From assembly GCF_000143415.4 (NCBI RefSeq), contig NW_003314327.1:666438-730437 (forward strand): 64,000 nucleotides of DNA, read 5' to 3'. Position 1 is the first letter of the stretch. The number at the start of each line of letters is the position of its first letter. Shown here piece after piece: positions 25,380 through 40,523 of the stretch. The notes beneath the pieces are model-generated. The model was not told where the DNA came from and did no database searches. It was given only the letters and a program-made list of their open reading frames with translations. The position numbers and the translations under genes were made by a program. This DNA is from Selaginella moellendorffii (taxonomy: Eukaryota > Plantae > Lycopodiophyta).

Positions 25380-27166
25380 ATTGAGAATGAGTTCCATATT
25401 TCCTTTCTTCGAGTTAGAGAAGAGTACTATTTAGGTGTAACAATATTTTGAGATATGAAGAAAAGAAATCATTGGAAGTTTACCAGCATTTTGGTTTAGT
25501 TCATTTAGTCAACCTTATAGAATTTTTGTAATCAAGTATTGTTTAAAGCTGAATAATATTTTCACCTCAACTTCATTATTTTTTATCAAATACACTCATT
25601 TTTAAAAGGAGAGTTTTATTTCTGATTTAATATTTTCTTAGCTTAAAAAATTAATGATAATGTGGCAAACAGTTTGTAATGAGGAGGTAGAACTCCTAAA
25701 AGGCCTGGGGTAGGTGGTCGAAGAAAAAATTGTGCAACTTTGCAAAATATATAAAAGAAAACACATGTGTGCTTAAATTTTTGTTGTATGATATTTTTGA
25801 ATATTATGTTTAAATTGTTGTAATACATATATATGACTTACAAAGTAATATTTTGAACATTATTTTGTTTTAGGCATGAGTTCTTGCCTGCCATATATGC
25901 ATGGCAAAGTCCAAATCAATGCTATATGCATTGCATAAATTTCAATTTCAAGTTAGCAAGTTAGATTTTTTGACATGTCAACTTTGGATTAGAAGGTGAG
26001 TGCACTAGTTAGATTTTGAGGACCTACCACAAACTAAGGTTCTAATTGTTGTTTACTTGGGGCACTTTCCCTTGTGAGGGTAATAAAAAATATTTTGTGA
26101 GTGGTTTTGCAATGTATCAAGAAGTTTTTGTGCTAAATTGAGAAAAGGCTTGTAAAAGAAACTATGATGCTGAACACCCCAAACACTTCATGAAATACTT
26201 TGCCCTTCAATCAATTGCACTCACCTTTGTGCTAATTGATTGCTACCTAAATTAGGGTGCTGCACTATAAACAAACTATGAAAAAAGAAGCACTTGCAAG
26301 CTATTGAAACACTGTGCTTACATTAGGGTACTTTGTGCCCCAAGTAATGAAAAATGAGCCAATAGCTATGCAAAATGGGAGGAGAGAGGTGATCATAATC
26401 AGGAAATCACAAATTTACACTAACAAATGCATAAAATTAAAAAAACCTTACTAAATTTATGATTACACCACATCATCTAAGATGATATAGCATCAATCTT
26501 ATATAGCTGTTTGAGGTGTCATGCTCTATGAATATATCACTTTAAAAGTGTATTTTTGCATGGAACTCAAATAAAAAAAGTAAATCTGCAGTGTAGATAT
26601 ATAATGTAAGATATGCAATCATATATTCATTACCATACACGTCAATTAAAAAAAGGAAAGTCTCCCAAAGAGCTCAACTTAACATCCAAAAAACACTTAC
26701 TTGATTTCTCCAAATTGTTGTAGCTTATATCTAGGCTTCTATAGCTTGATTAGCAATATTTTTTTGCTCATTTCAGTTTATTCACACATCATAATGCTAT
26801 TCCCTGATATCAGAAGGCATGTTGCCAAAACAATCTCTCACCTTGGAGGAAAGTGGTAAATTCTTATCAATTAGCACAAGTTCTATATTAAATTGAGTTT
26901 CTCCCACACTGCTGAATTTGAGCTAAAATTTCAATTTTAGCCACACAACTCAGAAGTTACTTCTTCTTCTTCTTCTTCTAGCATGCAATTGGAGTTTAAA
27001 TTATTAATGTGAATGCATCATTTATTTCCTCTTTAACTCACATTCAGCAGCCCCTGATTTTGTGAGCTCCAATGTCTTCTCTTTACTGTCAAATGTTTGA
27101 GAACATTGCAGGAAATGATGCGAGTTCTCTGTGGTAATTTTTTAAAAAAGATTTGGTCGCAATACG

Positions 27167-28507
27167 TTAAACAAGCGAGCTCTCCAGAGTGTGTAGCTGC
27201 CTAGAGCCCAGCAGCTTGGCCGTAAGTTCCCAAGTGACTATAGCAGCCGCGTTAGCTGGGAAAGCTCGCACCAAAGTCGGGCCCAAGCCGGTGTAAAGAC
27301 CTCGGAAGCCAAGCTCTCTCCGGATCTGCAAGTGTTTGTAAGATACGATGATATATTGAATCGAGCTCGAACTGAAACAAACCTTTCTCAAGTTGAACAG
27401 CAAGCTCCTCGACTCGCTCAAGTCGAGTGCCGTTTGTATCCGTGTCTTGGCTACGTCAAATGGTAAAACTGCTACCCAAAACTGCACAAAGAACTCTTTT
27501 AAGTTCTTTACGAAAGTGGAAATAAGAAAAAGAATTGCACCGCCATTCCAGATACTCCCCCGCTAACAATTCCAACGACAGCCTCGAAGAGTGTCTGGGA
27601 GAATGAGCTTGCTTGTAGCCGGGAGGATAAACTTGTCTCCTTTGAAAGGTGCGACAGCATGAACGACCGACTCGTCTCATATGTTGCAAAAAAGCACATA
27701 TTTCCGACACATTCCCTGAAAAATGTAGCTGACAGTCCTCGAAACAATCCTGGAACCTGAGGAAAGACCATCAAGTTTTCTTCAGCAGCTTATTGCTTAC
27801 CCCTCCAGCGTGAATAGTTTTTTTTGCACAATCCAATGGACCGGAGTATCTTCGCAGCTCTTTGCTCGAAGAACCCTTCTCTTGAACCTGGAGCCTACAC
27901 TGGAACAGGAAAATTCAAGCTAGGTGAAAGGATTTTAAGAGACAATGAAACCACACCTTAACTAGTTCCGTAGGACAGAGTATCAAACTGATCATTCCTC
28001 CACCGAATGCTGCGGAGGGCAGCACAGTAGAAAGATTGGGTGTTCTTGCTGCTGCCTCTCCTCCCTTCCTAAGCAAAGCACCAAGAGAAAAATCACTGAG
28101 AGAGAAAAACTAAAACATCGCGCAGATAGTAGTACCTGCAATCTTGCTTTTGTCTGTGAATAAATGCCGAACAGCAGCGAGCCTTCAACAGCCATGCCGG
28201 CAAAAGAAGATGTAGCACCTTTGTACAAACCTCTTACCTGGAAACTCCACAAAGCGAATCAAGTTAGAAGAACAAACCCAAGTGGACACTCTTACCCCTT
28301 CGTGATTGAGAATCCATCCTGCACAGCGAATGGCGCTAGCATGCGCTACTGGGCTTCGGGCTTGTAAGTTCACCTGGACAAAAACATCAATGCCACCCCT
28401 GGATCAGAAAAAAAACAAACCTTGACAGTGTCGAATGGATGCCCGACGGTCACAGTCGCCAATCCAGCCGCCAGTCCTGCCGCATAGTCCTTCACGGCAT
28501 TCTCCAT
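27167..28507 (-). CDS. BAC1: Mitochondrial carrier family protein, basic amino-acid carrier BAC1-like, multi-exon
   Basis: MENAVKDYAAGLAAGLATVTVGHPFDTVK, GLYKGATSSF, PFDVAKTRIQ, GLYTGLGPTLVRAFPANAAAIVTWE. Three solcar repeats. Confidence 0.85.
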
Positions 28508-28579
28508 GCTTTTTAGGGCTCCGAAAGATCCTCTGCTTTTGAGGAAAATGGGGGAGAGAACAAAACGAACTTTTGACTG

Positions 28580-29807
28580 CTACTGTTGCTGCTGGTCCTG
28601 CTGATGCTGATCTTGCTCTGGTTGCTGCTGACTAAGATTCACGGCGTACTGCTTCATGACAACAAGAGCATGAGAAGCCACCTTCATTTCTTCGATGGCT
28701 TCCAGCATTATGTCCGATCCAGTAGTTGGACCTGGATGTAGAAAGAATCAGCGTCAAGCATGGATTTCTTTTTAGCTGGTTTACCTGTTCTTTCTGGGAT
28801 CAGCTTTGCTATCGCTGCCGAGACTGGTATAACATCGACTTCCTTGTCTGGAGCACTTTGCGGTCGTCTGGCAGCGAGTGAATGGTTTACTTCCATCTTG
28901 ACGAAATCGACTCCTGGCTTACTGTTCTGCTGCATCTCCTGATTGTAGAATTGCTTACGAAGCTGAAAGAAACTTCAGCCACTAAGCCTGCCCGTGACTA
29001 GAGAGAAAAAAGCTTACCTGTTCCTGCAATTGCAAAAGAAATGGACTTAAACATCAAGCTCATCCAAAATTGCAATTTTACCATTTGGCTCGAGGGTAGA
29101 CCATGGTGATCTGAGCTTGCAGAAGTCGTGGCTGTGACTTGTGATGCTGTCGCCGAGGCCAAAGTTTGAGCAGCGACATCGAAGCCTTGATGTGAGGAAG
29201 CATCTGGAAAATAGAAACTCAATAACTTTATGCTGAAAAAATCCAGTACCTTGGGAAGATGCTGTGGCTGTTGTTGTGGTGGTCACGGTTTGAGAGGTCA
29301 CGGTGGAGGTCGCAGTAGAATGACTAGCAGTAGCAGACTCCTCTAGATCAAGAAAACACATATTAGTTTCAGTGAGAAAAGATAATTCTACTACAAACCA
29401 GGATACACTTCTCGTACCGGAGGCGAGCCAGTGAAGGAAAGACCACTTCGAATCTCATACCGTATAGCATTAAGCTGAGCCATTGCCTCTTTCAACTCTT
29501 TGTGAACCTAAGAAACCAAAAAACGATCAATACATTTTTTGTAAAGCTCTCTCGATGCTCTGCGCAATTGTGCGTTACCTCGCTCATCTGAGATTTTCCC
29601 ATCACGCCATCGAATTCGCCCTTGGTAGTCTTCACAAACCCCACAGTTCGTCCCACAAGCCTTCCCCCCATTCTGGCGTACCTGTGGATGTCCTTGGGGC
29701 CTGCAAACGATCGAAACATCACTCACAATGGATCATACTCCGCCATTACTACCGCTCACAGCGATGAACACCCCCAGCGCCAGAGCGAGCGTCGTGTAGG
29801 ACACCAT
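28580..29807 (-). CDS. Mitochondrial TatB-like protein, multi-exon
   Basis: MVSYTTLALALGVFIAVSG-PKDIHRYARMGGRLVGRTVGFV...VHKELKEAMAQLNAIRYEIRS...GSDIMLEAIEE. TM-hinge (GP)-amphipathic helix layout. Confidence 0.75.
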
Positions 29808-30143
29808 CCCGCGCTCGTGCGTATAAACCCTAGAACAAAGCCAACGTTCAACCCAAAACAGATCCCAGCCGTCCGAGAATAAACCGTTGGATTCTCCATT
29901 TTACGGCAGCCACAAACCGTGCGCCACGTGTCACCTATGTCGGACGCGATCTAACGGCCAGGAACACCTTATCTCCTTATTACTGGCCAGCAGACGAGGA
30001 AATTACCCGCTAATGGGGAGAATTATTTCGGGAATTAGCGCTAATCGAAGCTCTAGCGAGGAGGAGATAGATAGCACAGTTCTAGGCTTATTTGCTGGCC
30101 TCTTTGTTGTGTGGAGAGGAAGAAGTGGCGGATTGAGGCGGCC

Positions 30144-31657
<1,514 letters not shown>

Positions 31658-31904
31658 TGGTCTTCGAGCGAGAAATTTCAAATCGAAGGAAGCATGGATG
31701 GAGATTGATAGAGCTGCTGGAGCCGGATTTTCGTTCGATTTAGAGCCCACATTTTGACCGGAGCTCGGAAAGAAGAAGAAAGGAATTCCATCTCGCTGTG
31801 TATTTCTATGGCATCAATAAGGACGCATAAACCCTGAAGCAGGGGTTTTTGTCTACCGTACATTTTAGATCTCGTTCTTACTATTAGGGTTCTTGGGCCA
31901 GTGG

Positions 31905-33482
31905 ATGCTGAAATTTTTGAAATCGTTTCAGCTGCGTCGCCAATGCAGCAGCGTGGCTACTGTCGGATCATCGCCGACGCCTAGGGTTAAAGATGGAAGG
32001 CTGGCGATCTCAGCCAGGCTGATGCTGAGGCGATTGGAGGCGGCACCGAGCCAGCAATGCCGGCAGGATGTGCTGCGATCCAAGCTAGGTCTGATGCGCA
32101 ACTGCAATTTCTGGAAGCCGCTGATCCAGACGCTGCAGAAGAAGGCCAGGAGCAAATTCCTGTGCATCGAGGTGAGTGGAGTTTCTAGGAAGAGGTCGTC
32201 GTTCTTTTTGTTTTAGTTTTTCTTTGTTAGTGAGATGTTCTTGCTCGTATTCCGGTACGCATTCCTTGATAGTTTTTCTTTTTCTTCGTGTTCTTAGAAC
32301 TTTTGCTCCTGGGACTTCTTTCGGTCAGGATCATATTCTCTGTTCCTTGATAGTTTCTCTTGGGATTTCTTTCGAACTCCTGCATTCCCTTGTCAGGTTT
32401 TCGACTGGATCAGGCAAGAGTTCCCTGATGCTAGCAAGCCTCAGATATACTCAAACATGATCGCGTACGCCGGAAGCATTGGAATGCCACAGCTCGCTCA
32501 CGCTTGGGTCTCCGAGATGAAGATCAAAGGAATCAAGATGTCCACGCCGACGTACAATGCTCTGGTAAGCGTCTTCTGCCGGAGTGGAGAGATTGAAGCG
32601 GCCGAAAAGATGCTCGAGAACATGAAATGGGCCGAGTGCCCACCCAACGTCTCCACTTACAACACGATTCTAGCGGCATACGGCAGAAGCTCGGACATCG
32701 TCCAGATGGAAAAATGGCTGGAAGAACTGAGGAAAGCCGGGCTCACTCCCAACGTAGTCACTTACAACACGCTGCTCTTCTCCTACTTGAAGAAGGGAAG
32801 CCTTGCGAAGGTTGACGAGACATACAGGGAGATGCAACTCTCTTGCAAGCCGGACGTCTTCACCTTCGGGATCTTGCTACACGGATATCAAAAGCTCAAC
32901 ATGGTGGAGAGGATGGAGCAGGCTTTTGCGGATCGGCAAAAGAGCGGGCTTCCAGTCGGTGCTATCGCTGCTCAACGTATGATCCGGGTTTACACCAAGA
33001 ACAAGATGTTCTCCAAGATCAAAGACATAACAGCCATCCTGGAGCAGGCTCCGAGAACCGTCTACACGACTCGTCTCAACGGAGTGATCCTGGACGCGTT
33101 TCTAAGCGCCGGTGGCTTCGACCAGGTGGAGCACGAGATGAAGAGAGTTGTGAAGCAAGGCAGAGCTTTCATGGACCCGGAGGTGCTGGACGAGGTGGTT
33201 TCGGCGTTCTTCGAGAACTCGGCAGCCGAGAACCTGGGCGGGCTTTACAGATCCATGAAGGCGGTTTCAAGGTGGCGGATGTATGCTTCGACTTACGAGC
33301 TGCTCGTCCGGGGTTTCGCAAAGCACGGCGACGGCAAGATGGCGATGGAGGTTTCCGAAGATATGGAGATGGCGGGATGGAAGTGGTCAGTGGACACGAT
33401 GCAGGTGTTATACGATGTGTTCAAGAAGGCGGGCGATAGAGAAAAGCTGGGCCTCATCGTCGAGAAGATGGAAAAGCTGTGA
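31905..33482 (+). CDS. P-class pentatricopeptide repeat protein (2 exons, ~31905-32171 and 32397-33482)
   Basis: Tandem 35-aa PPR motifs (PTYNALVSVFCRSG, PNVSTYNTILAAYG, PNVVTYNTLL, PDVFTFGILL). Confidence 0.9.
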
Positions 33483-33843
33483 GCCAATCTTTTCTCTTCT
33501 CTTTTCTCTCTCAAGGTGATGCCTGATAGACTTTGTTGTGGATTCGATGACCAAGGAGCCGCGAATTCCTCCCAGCAAGTAAATCTCATGTAAAAAAATC
33601 GAGTTTTTACGACTGTGCCCCTTTAAAGAAAGGGGCATTAAAGCAGGGGTTGCTATTTTAGGCGGAATATCCTGGTGTCGTGGAGAAAAGATTCTCTCAT
33701 TGGATCCCTTGGAGCTGGGCGGGAAATGGACCTAGCTCCAGGGCTCGATCAAGAGAAGGGGAGGAGGAGCAGTGTGATCTCGGCGCCCTACCCGTGATCA
33801 GCCGGCGGTAGGGGATCGCAGGAGCGAGAGGAGGGTTTTTGCC

Positions 33844-34533
33844 ATGGCCAAGAGGAGGAAATCGACGCCGAGGAAGCGAGGGCGACCACCAGGTAGGCGG
33901 CTTTTCTTTGAGATTGTTGGGGTGCGGTTTGATCCATGGAGTGCGCAGCGGGCGGCGATGGCGCTGGGACGAGCAGAGCCGGCGCCCAGCAGAACAAGCC
34001 GCACGGCAAGCGCAGGTTTAAGCCCGGGACTGTGGCGTTGCGGGAGATCCGACGCTTTCAAAAGAGTTATGAGCTCCTTCTCAGGCCATTGCCATTCGCA
34101 AGAGTGGTGAGTTCTCCAAGTTCTTTTTTTTTTTCCTCTCTTTTTTGCCTCTCTAGTCTCTGACAAAGCTTTTGCGATAGGTGAGAGAGATCACGAACGT
34201 TTTCTCGTCGGAGGTATCCAGATGGACTGCCGAAGGATTGATAGCTCTCCAAGAGGTCGAAAGAGCGTTCCTTTTCTTCTTTGTTCTTTCTTTTCGTGGT
34301 TTCTCGCTTGAAATCTTTGCTTTGTTTTGCACAGGCTGCCGAGGACTACCTTGTTCATCTCTTCGAAGACACCAACTTATGTGCCATTCACGGCAAGAGA
34401 GTCACCATAAGTAAGCATTTGAAAGAGAGAAAAGAGTTCTTTGTTTTGGAGCTGGCTGACAGTTTCTATACCAGTGCCCAAGGACTTACATTTGGCCCGT
34501 CGACTAAGAGGAGCCTCCGAACGGTTCGTTTGA
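33844..34533 (+). CDS. CENH3: Centromere-specific histone H3 variant (5 exons)
   Basis: Divergent N-tail ([11 protein letters not shown]...), then [44 protein letters not shown] (CENH3-type loop 1 and W), [31 protein letters not shown]. Confidence 0.88.
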
Positions 34534-34792
34534 TACTTTTTCTTTTTACGTTATCTCCTCTCTCGCGCGGCCGGTTTCCTCGTCGAGGGCCGGGTCATTG
34601 TTTGTATCCTTGGCGATTATTCCTAGGCTTTGTTCGCCGCGTCTATCTAATTCTGCCCCTCAGTGTAGCCTTTGCTTCTCAAGGGCGGCCATCAAACAGC
34701 CATGCCATCGACTCCATCAACGAAATTCTCGAGCTTCCGCTACTTCGATCCTTCAGGTCTTACTTAAAGTTTCCATTTTATCTCTAAGCTCT

Positions 34793-35956
34793 ATGGGAGC
34801 TCTCTCCAAGCTCTGGTGTCTTGGTCCGAGGCGCTGTCAGGACCGGGTTAGGCTGCTCACAATCTACAAGTTTAGAGACTTGGAGCTGGCCACTGGCAAC
34901 TTTGCCGAGGAGAACTTGCTGGGACGGGGAAGCTATGGCTCGGTTTACAAGGCAGTCCTCAAGAACGGCCAGCTTGCAGCGGTGAAGCGGGCCACTTGCA
35001 CCACCGCGAATCCTTCCACCAGCAAGGAGCGCTTTATCCTCTCCCAGATCGAGTGCCCTCACGTCGTCAACTTGCTGGGCTTCTGCGAGCGCAACGACGA
35101 AGTCCTCCTGGTTGTGGAGTTCATGGCCAACGGCAGCTTGCACGACGTGCTCCACTCCAAGCTCTCGTCCTCGAGCCTCAGCTGGTCGCGCCGGGTCCGC
35201 ATCGCAGTCCAGACCGCAAGGGCGCTCCACGCGCTCCACAGCTCTACGCCGCAGATCATCCACAGGGACGTGAAGAGCTCCAACGTTTTGATCGACGCGA
35301 ATTGGAACGCTCGGCTGGGGGACTTTGGCCTGGCGCTGCGAGGCGACACCAAGGACATCATGTGTACTCCGGCGGGAACGCTCGGCTACGTGGACCCGCG
35401 CTACGACAAGCCCGAGAAGGTCGGGCCCAAGATCGACGTCTTCAGTTTTGGCGTGCTCCTCCTGGAGCTCATCTCCGGCCGCCAAGTTATCGACGACAGG
35501 ATGTCTCCAGTCCGCATGGTGGACTGGGCGTTGCCGCTGATCAAGCAGGGGAGGGCTCTGGCTATCTGCGACCCGCGCGTGAGGATCCCGGAGGGAGAGG
35601 CAGCAGGGATCAAGCGGATGGCGGTGCTGGCGGCGCGGTGCGTGAGGCGGGAAAGCAAGCGGCCGTGCATGGGTGATATCGTGCTCACGCTGTGCCAGAT
35701 CCAGCGCGACCGCTTCCATACTTCCAGGAGCAGCAGGAAGATGGTGATCAAGCGCGCGATACTTTCGTGTCCCAAGGACACCGGAGTGATTAGTTTTGAT
35801 GAGCGATTCTCCTCGTCCTCGAAGTCGAAGTCGAAGTGGAGCTTGCAGCAGGGAGGAGACCAGCAGAAAGTGATTAAAGTGGATGTTCCGTATCGAAAGT
35901 TGGAGTTTCCACCACCCATCAATCAGCCAGTCACTCTGAGAAGTAGCCACATTTGA
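34793..35956 (+). CDS. Receptor-like cytoplasmic Ser/Thr kinase, intronless, possible N-myristoylation (MGALS)
   Basis: GRGSYGSVYK, AVK, HRDVKSSN, DFG, GTLGYVDP, DVFSFGVLLLE. Confidence 0.92.
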   Translation: MGALSKLWCLGPRRCQDRVRLLTIYKFRDLELATGNFAEENLLGRGSYGSVYKAVLKNGQLAAVKRATCTTANPSTSKERFILSQIECPHVVNLLGFCERNDEVLLVVEFMANGSLHDVLHSKLSSSSLSWSRRVRIAVQTARALHALHSSTPQIIHRDVKSSNVLIDANWNARLGDFGLALRGDTKDIMCTPAGTLGYVDPRYDKPEKVGPKIDVFSFGVLLLELISGRQVIDDRMSPVRMVDWALPLIKQGRALAICDPRVRIPEGEAAGIKRMAVLAARCVRRESKRPCMGDIVLTLCQIQRDRFHTSRSSRKMVIKRAILSCPKDTGVISFDERFSSSSKSKSKWSLQQGGDQQKVIKVDVPYRKLEFPPPINQPVTLRSSHI

Positions 35957-36172
35957 ATTCTCAGGAATGCCAGATTGGCTTGCAAAGAACTAAGAAAAAA
36001 TTGGCCTGCAAAGAATAAAGAACTAACTATTTAGCATGATTTATCAAAATAATGGTTAGAAGTACTTGTTTAATTTATACTTTGATTTCTGAGTTTTAGT
36101 AGAATGGAATTAGCGTCCCGATCCAAAGAACCCTTGACACAGTGAAAATTTAGGGTTCTTGAGGGCTAGGTT

Positions 36173-36326
<154 letters not shown>

Positions 36327-36649
36327 ATTTATGTATAATCTCTATATGGATATAATGGTTTAAATAATTATTTTAGGTTTGAATTTTAACTATTTAAACT
36401 CATTAAGGTGTGACAGAAACAATTTATGAAGGAATAAATTAAAGCTAATTTATTTGAGTTAGAATTTGTAAAGATTTTTTATCAATGTCATTCTCACCCT
36501 CTAAAATAACAAGAGCTTTGTCTGTAACTTTCTATTTGGCCACAATAGAAAGAAGTTGGCAATCTTAATTAGGCCACAAGATTGGTGATTACAGTGGCGA
36601 GCCTTTGCCACCCGCGGTGTACGATCTGGATCGCGAACGCGCGAAATCA

Positions 36650-38590
36650 GAGTGGCGCAGCAGAAGCGTGGTCTTGAAGCTTGCCATGAGGCAAGGCTGT
36701 CAAGGTTAAGGAAGTAGTTCCCGAGTGTTCAAAGAGAGGGCTTTGAACGAAAGTCGATGGTCAAGGACTTTCACACTTGTGCAAGAACCATGTTATAGTG
36801 GTCAGAGGACTTGCCAAGCGAGATTGGCAAGTCAGGGGAACAAATACCCTAGTTGAAGGTGATAACTTCAAAAAGGGTGGGCCATGGGGCCAAGCATGGA
36901 GGAGTCCATGTATGATCACAAACTTGTCAAGTGAGAGGACTTGGCAGTGCGGGGGAATTAGGTTCCTAAGTTGTGATCTGTAGCGCGCTTTAAGTATAAG
37001 TTGGTGCACCGGCGTGGGGAGTCACGCCAGGCATCTTGTGTGATGCCGTCCGTAGATGCATATACGGAGGTTGGGTTCGAGTCCCGACCCTCTAGTGCTT
37101 GGGTTCGAGTCCCAAATCACTAGGGCGTGGTGATGCTTTGGAATATGAGGACACTCATATTTCGGTGGTCATGGACTCTCAGTGTGGAGACTGGTTTGGG
37201 CACACCGCCAAGCGAGGGATGCCTCGGAGTCGTGATGCACGGTTAGATTGCTTAGTGTGAAAGCTCGGCATATCTAACTTGAACGCTTTGGTGCAAGTGG
37301 CACCAAATACGTGGTGAGTGAGATGGGGACACCTAATCTCGGTTGCTATGAACCCTTGGCCGTAAGGGCTAGCTTGGGTGCACCGCCAAGTGTGGGGGAT
37401 GCCCCCGGGGTTATAGTCAACAACTTAAAGGTCTAGAAGACCAAATACCTCTTGGCAACTCTGTTAAAGTGCCAAGGTGAGATCACTAGGTGATCTTATG
37501 GCCAAATAAGGACAAGGTCCTTGGTTGGCTAAAGAATGAAGTTCCTGGTTCAAAATGTTGAAATTGAACTGTTTAAGGTGGTGTGGCTTGGTCATGATGA
37601 CCAAGTGGGAAGAGCACCTAACGGAAATAAACTATGTTCGTGCGATGGCATAGTGAGTTCGAGGAAAGTAGTCTCTATAAGAGACCCATGGGAGGGTCAC
37701 GAAGTTGGGCCGTGGATAGAGCCCATAGCAGAAGATGCTAAAGAGACGTGCTAGGGGTGAACATCCTCCGGACTTGGCAAAGAAGAGTCTTTGCTATGGA
37801 ACCGAAAGGATACCTCAAAAATGGAGGTAGCGATACTATGTTGCTGGGTGCAACAATCAAGGGTAGGAGTAAAGGACTAGTGGCCAAGTTTGGGCCATAG
37901 AATTTAATGGAAGGGATCCAAATGGCAAAGTTAGCCAAGGAACACTAATGTGTTTGATGCTAACGGTTTGTGGGAAAGGAAGTGGACTTCCAAGGATGGA
38001 TTCCTAAGTGCTCCAATTTGGCGAAGTAAAAGCTCCAAGTGAGGGAGCGGCAAAGTAGCCAAAAGATAAGGCCGTGGACAGCCTTAGCACCAAAATATGA
38101 TAACTGGAACTCAGTGCCCAAAGGTGGCATAAAATCGAACAGAGGATGATAGTGCCCTCAAGTGGAGAACTTCCTAGGATGAGGAAGTGGAGTTGCACAA
38201 TATGTGCAATGCAAGGTGTCGGAGACACCTAGGAAATTGACTTCGAGAAGTCAGAATTAAAAGTTCCAAGGTGCATGGATTATGTCGAGGGAAAGTGAGA
38301 CCACTCGAGAACGAGTAGTGGGATCGAGTTAGAGAAGGTGACTCTAAGAGGTTTAGTGAGAACTAAACCAATAAAAAGAGAGAACCACCACAAGTGGTCA
38401 AATGAGCCTCTAAGTTGGAGAGGCTATGCTCCTTACAGGACGGACAAGGCATGGTGAGCCTTTGGTGTCAAACCATAGACAAATATTGGCTAGGTGCCAA
38501 GGATGGAAATGGTAACACGTGTGGGTGTTACTTTATGAAAGGGTTTACTGTTCGATGAGGACATCGAACTTTGTCTATGGGTGGTGGAGT
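36650..38590 (+). mobile_element. 3' internal region (degenerate RT C-half/RNaseH/integrase, PPT) of the 1.9-kb-LTR gypsy element
   Basis: Degenerate pol-like sequence ending in gaggacatcg...atgggtggtggagt (PPT-like) directly before the LTR at 38591. The left limit is approximate. Confidence 0.65.
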
Positions 38591-40523
38591 TGTGAGACAC
38601 AAAATCCCTAGGCCCCAAAGTGGAGCCGGAAGGGTGCCATGTGGTGGTGGCCGAAGCGAAAACCAAACGAGCGTAACACGTTTGGACTAAAAGCTCCGAC
38701 TCGAAAGGTTGAGAGCAGGAGTGGAACTCCCAACAAAGGGCTCAAGGAACAAGCACGAAGCGAGCAATAAGCGAAGCTCCTAAAAGGGACCCAAAAAGGA
38801 CCAACACATGACACGAGGAAGTGTCCGAGATGGACCCAAGTTCGGGTCCGAAGTGGAGTCCGAGATGGATCCGAAGTGGAGTCCGAGGTGGACCCGAGAT
38901 GGAGTCCGAGATGGAGTCCGAGGTGGAGTCCGAGGTGGAGTCTGAGATGGACCCGAGATGGAGTCCGAGGTGGAGTCCGAGATGGACCCGAGATGGACCC
39001 GAAATGGAGTCCGAGATGGAGTCCGAGATGGACCCGAGATGGAGTCCGAGATGGACCCGAGATGGAGTCCGAGGTGGAGTCCGAGATGGACCCGAGATGG
39101 ACCCGAGATGGAGTCTGAGATGGACCCGAGATGAAGTCCGAGGTGGAGTCCGAGATGGACCCGAGATGGACCCGAGATGGACCCGAGATGGAGTCTGAGA
39201 TGGACCCGAGATGGAGTCCGAGGTGGAGTCCGAGATGGACCCGAGATGGACCCGAGATGGACCCGAAATGGAGTCCGAGATGGACCCGAGATGGAGTCCG
39301 AGATGGACACGAGATGGAGTCCGAGATGGAGTCCGAGATGGACCCGAGATGGAGTCTGAGGTCGAGACCGAGATCGAGACCGAGACCGGAACCGAGACCG
39401 AGACCGAGATCGGGACCGAGACCGAGACCGGGGCCGAGGCCAAGACCAAGCCCAAGTCCGAGTCCGAGTCCGAGTCCGAGTCCGAGTCCGAGTCCGAGTC
39501 CGAGTCCGAGTCCGAGTTCGAGTCTGAGAGGGTGAAAGCCCAAAGCGTTCGTCTCCCAGACCCTAGGGGGTTTGGTGAGCTCCAAAAGTATAGTAGGGGG
39601 GAGGACTGCAGTGGAGCCAGTTTGGCCAGGAAAGGCCAGTTTGGCCCAGGAAGGCCGGACCCAGTGTTGGGTGATGAGCTGCCCACTGGGAAGTCCAAGA
39701 CTAGAGTGAACACGGACCGACAAGTGGGGTAGCTTGGTGAAGTGTTCAAGAGCCGGCTCTAGTTCCCCCGGGAGATCGACTGGCCGATGCTCCCAGTCCA
39801 AGTGTGGGTGGCACTACCTACTTGGATACCTGTCGTGGCTCAACGGAACCTCGCTCTAAGCCCATGGCTAGAGCACCTAAAGGCAATAAGCAGAGAGAGT
39901 ACCCATGAGGCTTGCGTAAGGCCACGGTGTTCCGAAACGTTGTCCCGAAGGCCCAGACTGTGGAAAGGCAGAGGAGTAGTTCTCTGGTGTAGTGACTAAG
40001 GATACAGTCGTGTGGTGAGGAAGTCCCAGAGGACTGTGGGACTTAGTGGTCGGGCCTATGGGCCTTGATCCAGTGGCAGTGTTGGCGAATACGGTCATGG
40101 CCAGAAAGGGGCTTGGTAGGGATCAGAAAGGGGATATTGGGGAGGGCTATTCCCCATGTCTGTGGGCATCTTAAGGATGCTAAGGAGTGGATCGGGGATG
40201 ATCCCTCATGGACGGATGGCCCAGTCTTTGAGAGACAGGACTGTGGTGTAGGTGGTGTTAGACCACCGGTGTGACCAAGGTGAAAGGGCATGGCCTAGCG
40301 TAACGGGCTGGTATGTTGGTGGTACCTTGGAGTGCTGGTCATGGGATCGGACACGTGGAGCACTTGGACCAAGTGCTAAGGTTGAGTGGCATGGATGCCA
40401 TTCTCAGGGCTAGCAGGCCCCAAGTCTTGAGTTGGACTTATGGAGGTTGTGACTGAGACTCCTCCAAGTGGTCGGAGGTGCAGTTAAGTGACTAAAGTAA
40501 AATGGAAAAATTAGTCGCTTACA
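38591..40523 (+). mobile_element. 3' LTR (~1.93 kb), plus orientation, with internal minisatellite (~38825-39527)
   Basis: TGTGAGAC...CGCTTACA. Reverse complement of 5275-7178. Flanked on the right by CATAC. Confidence 0.9.

Noticed and set aside
26050-26400. Possible PIF/Harbinger transposase remnant
   Set aside because: Too degenerate, with no ORF or termini I can support.
34784-35950. 388-aa antisense ORF to the kinase, and similar antisense ORFs over GAPA
   Set aside because: Shadow ORFs from high GC3 codon usage.
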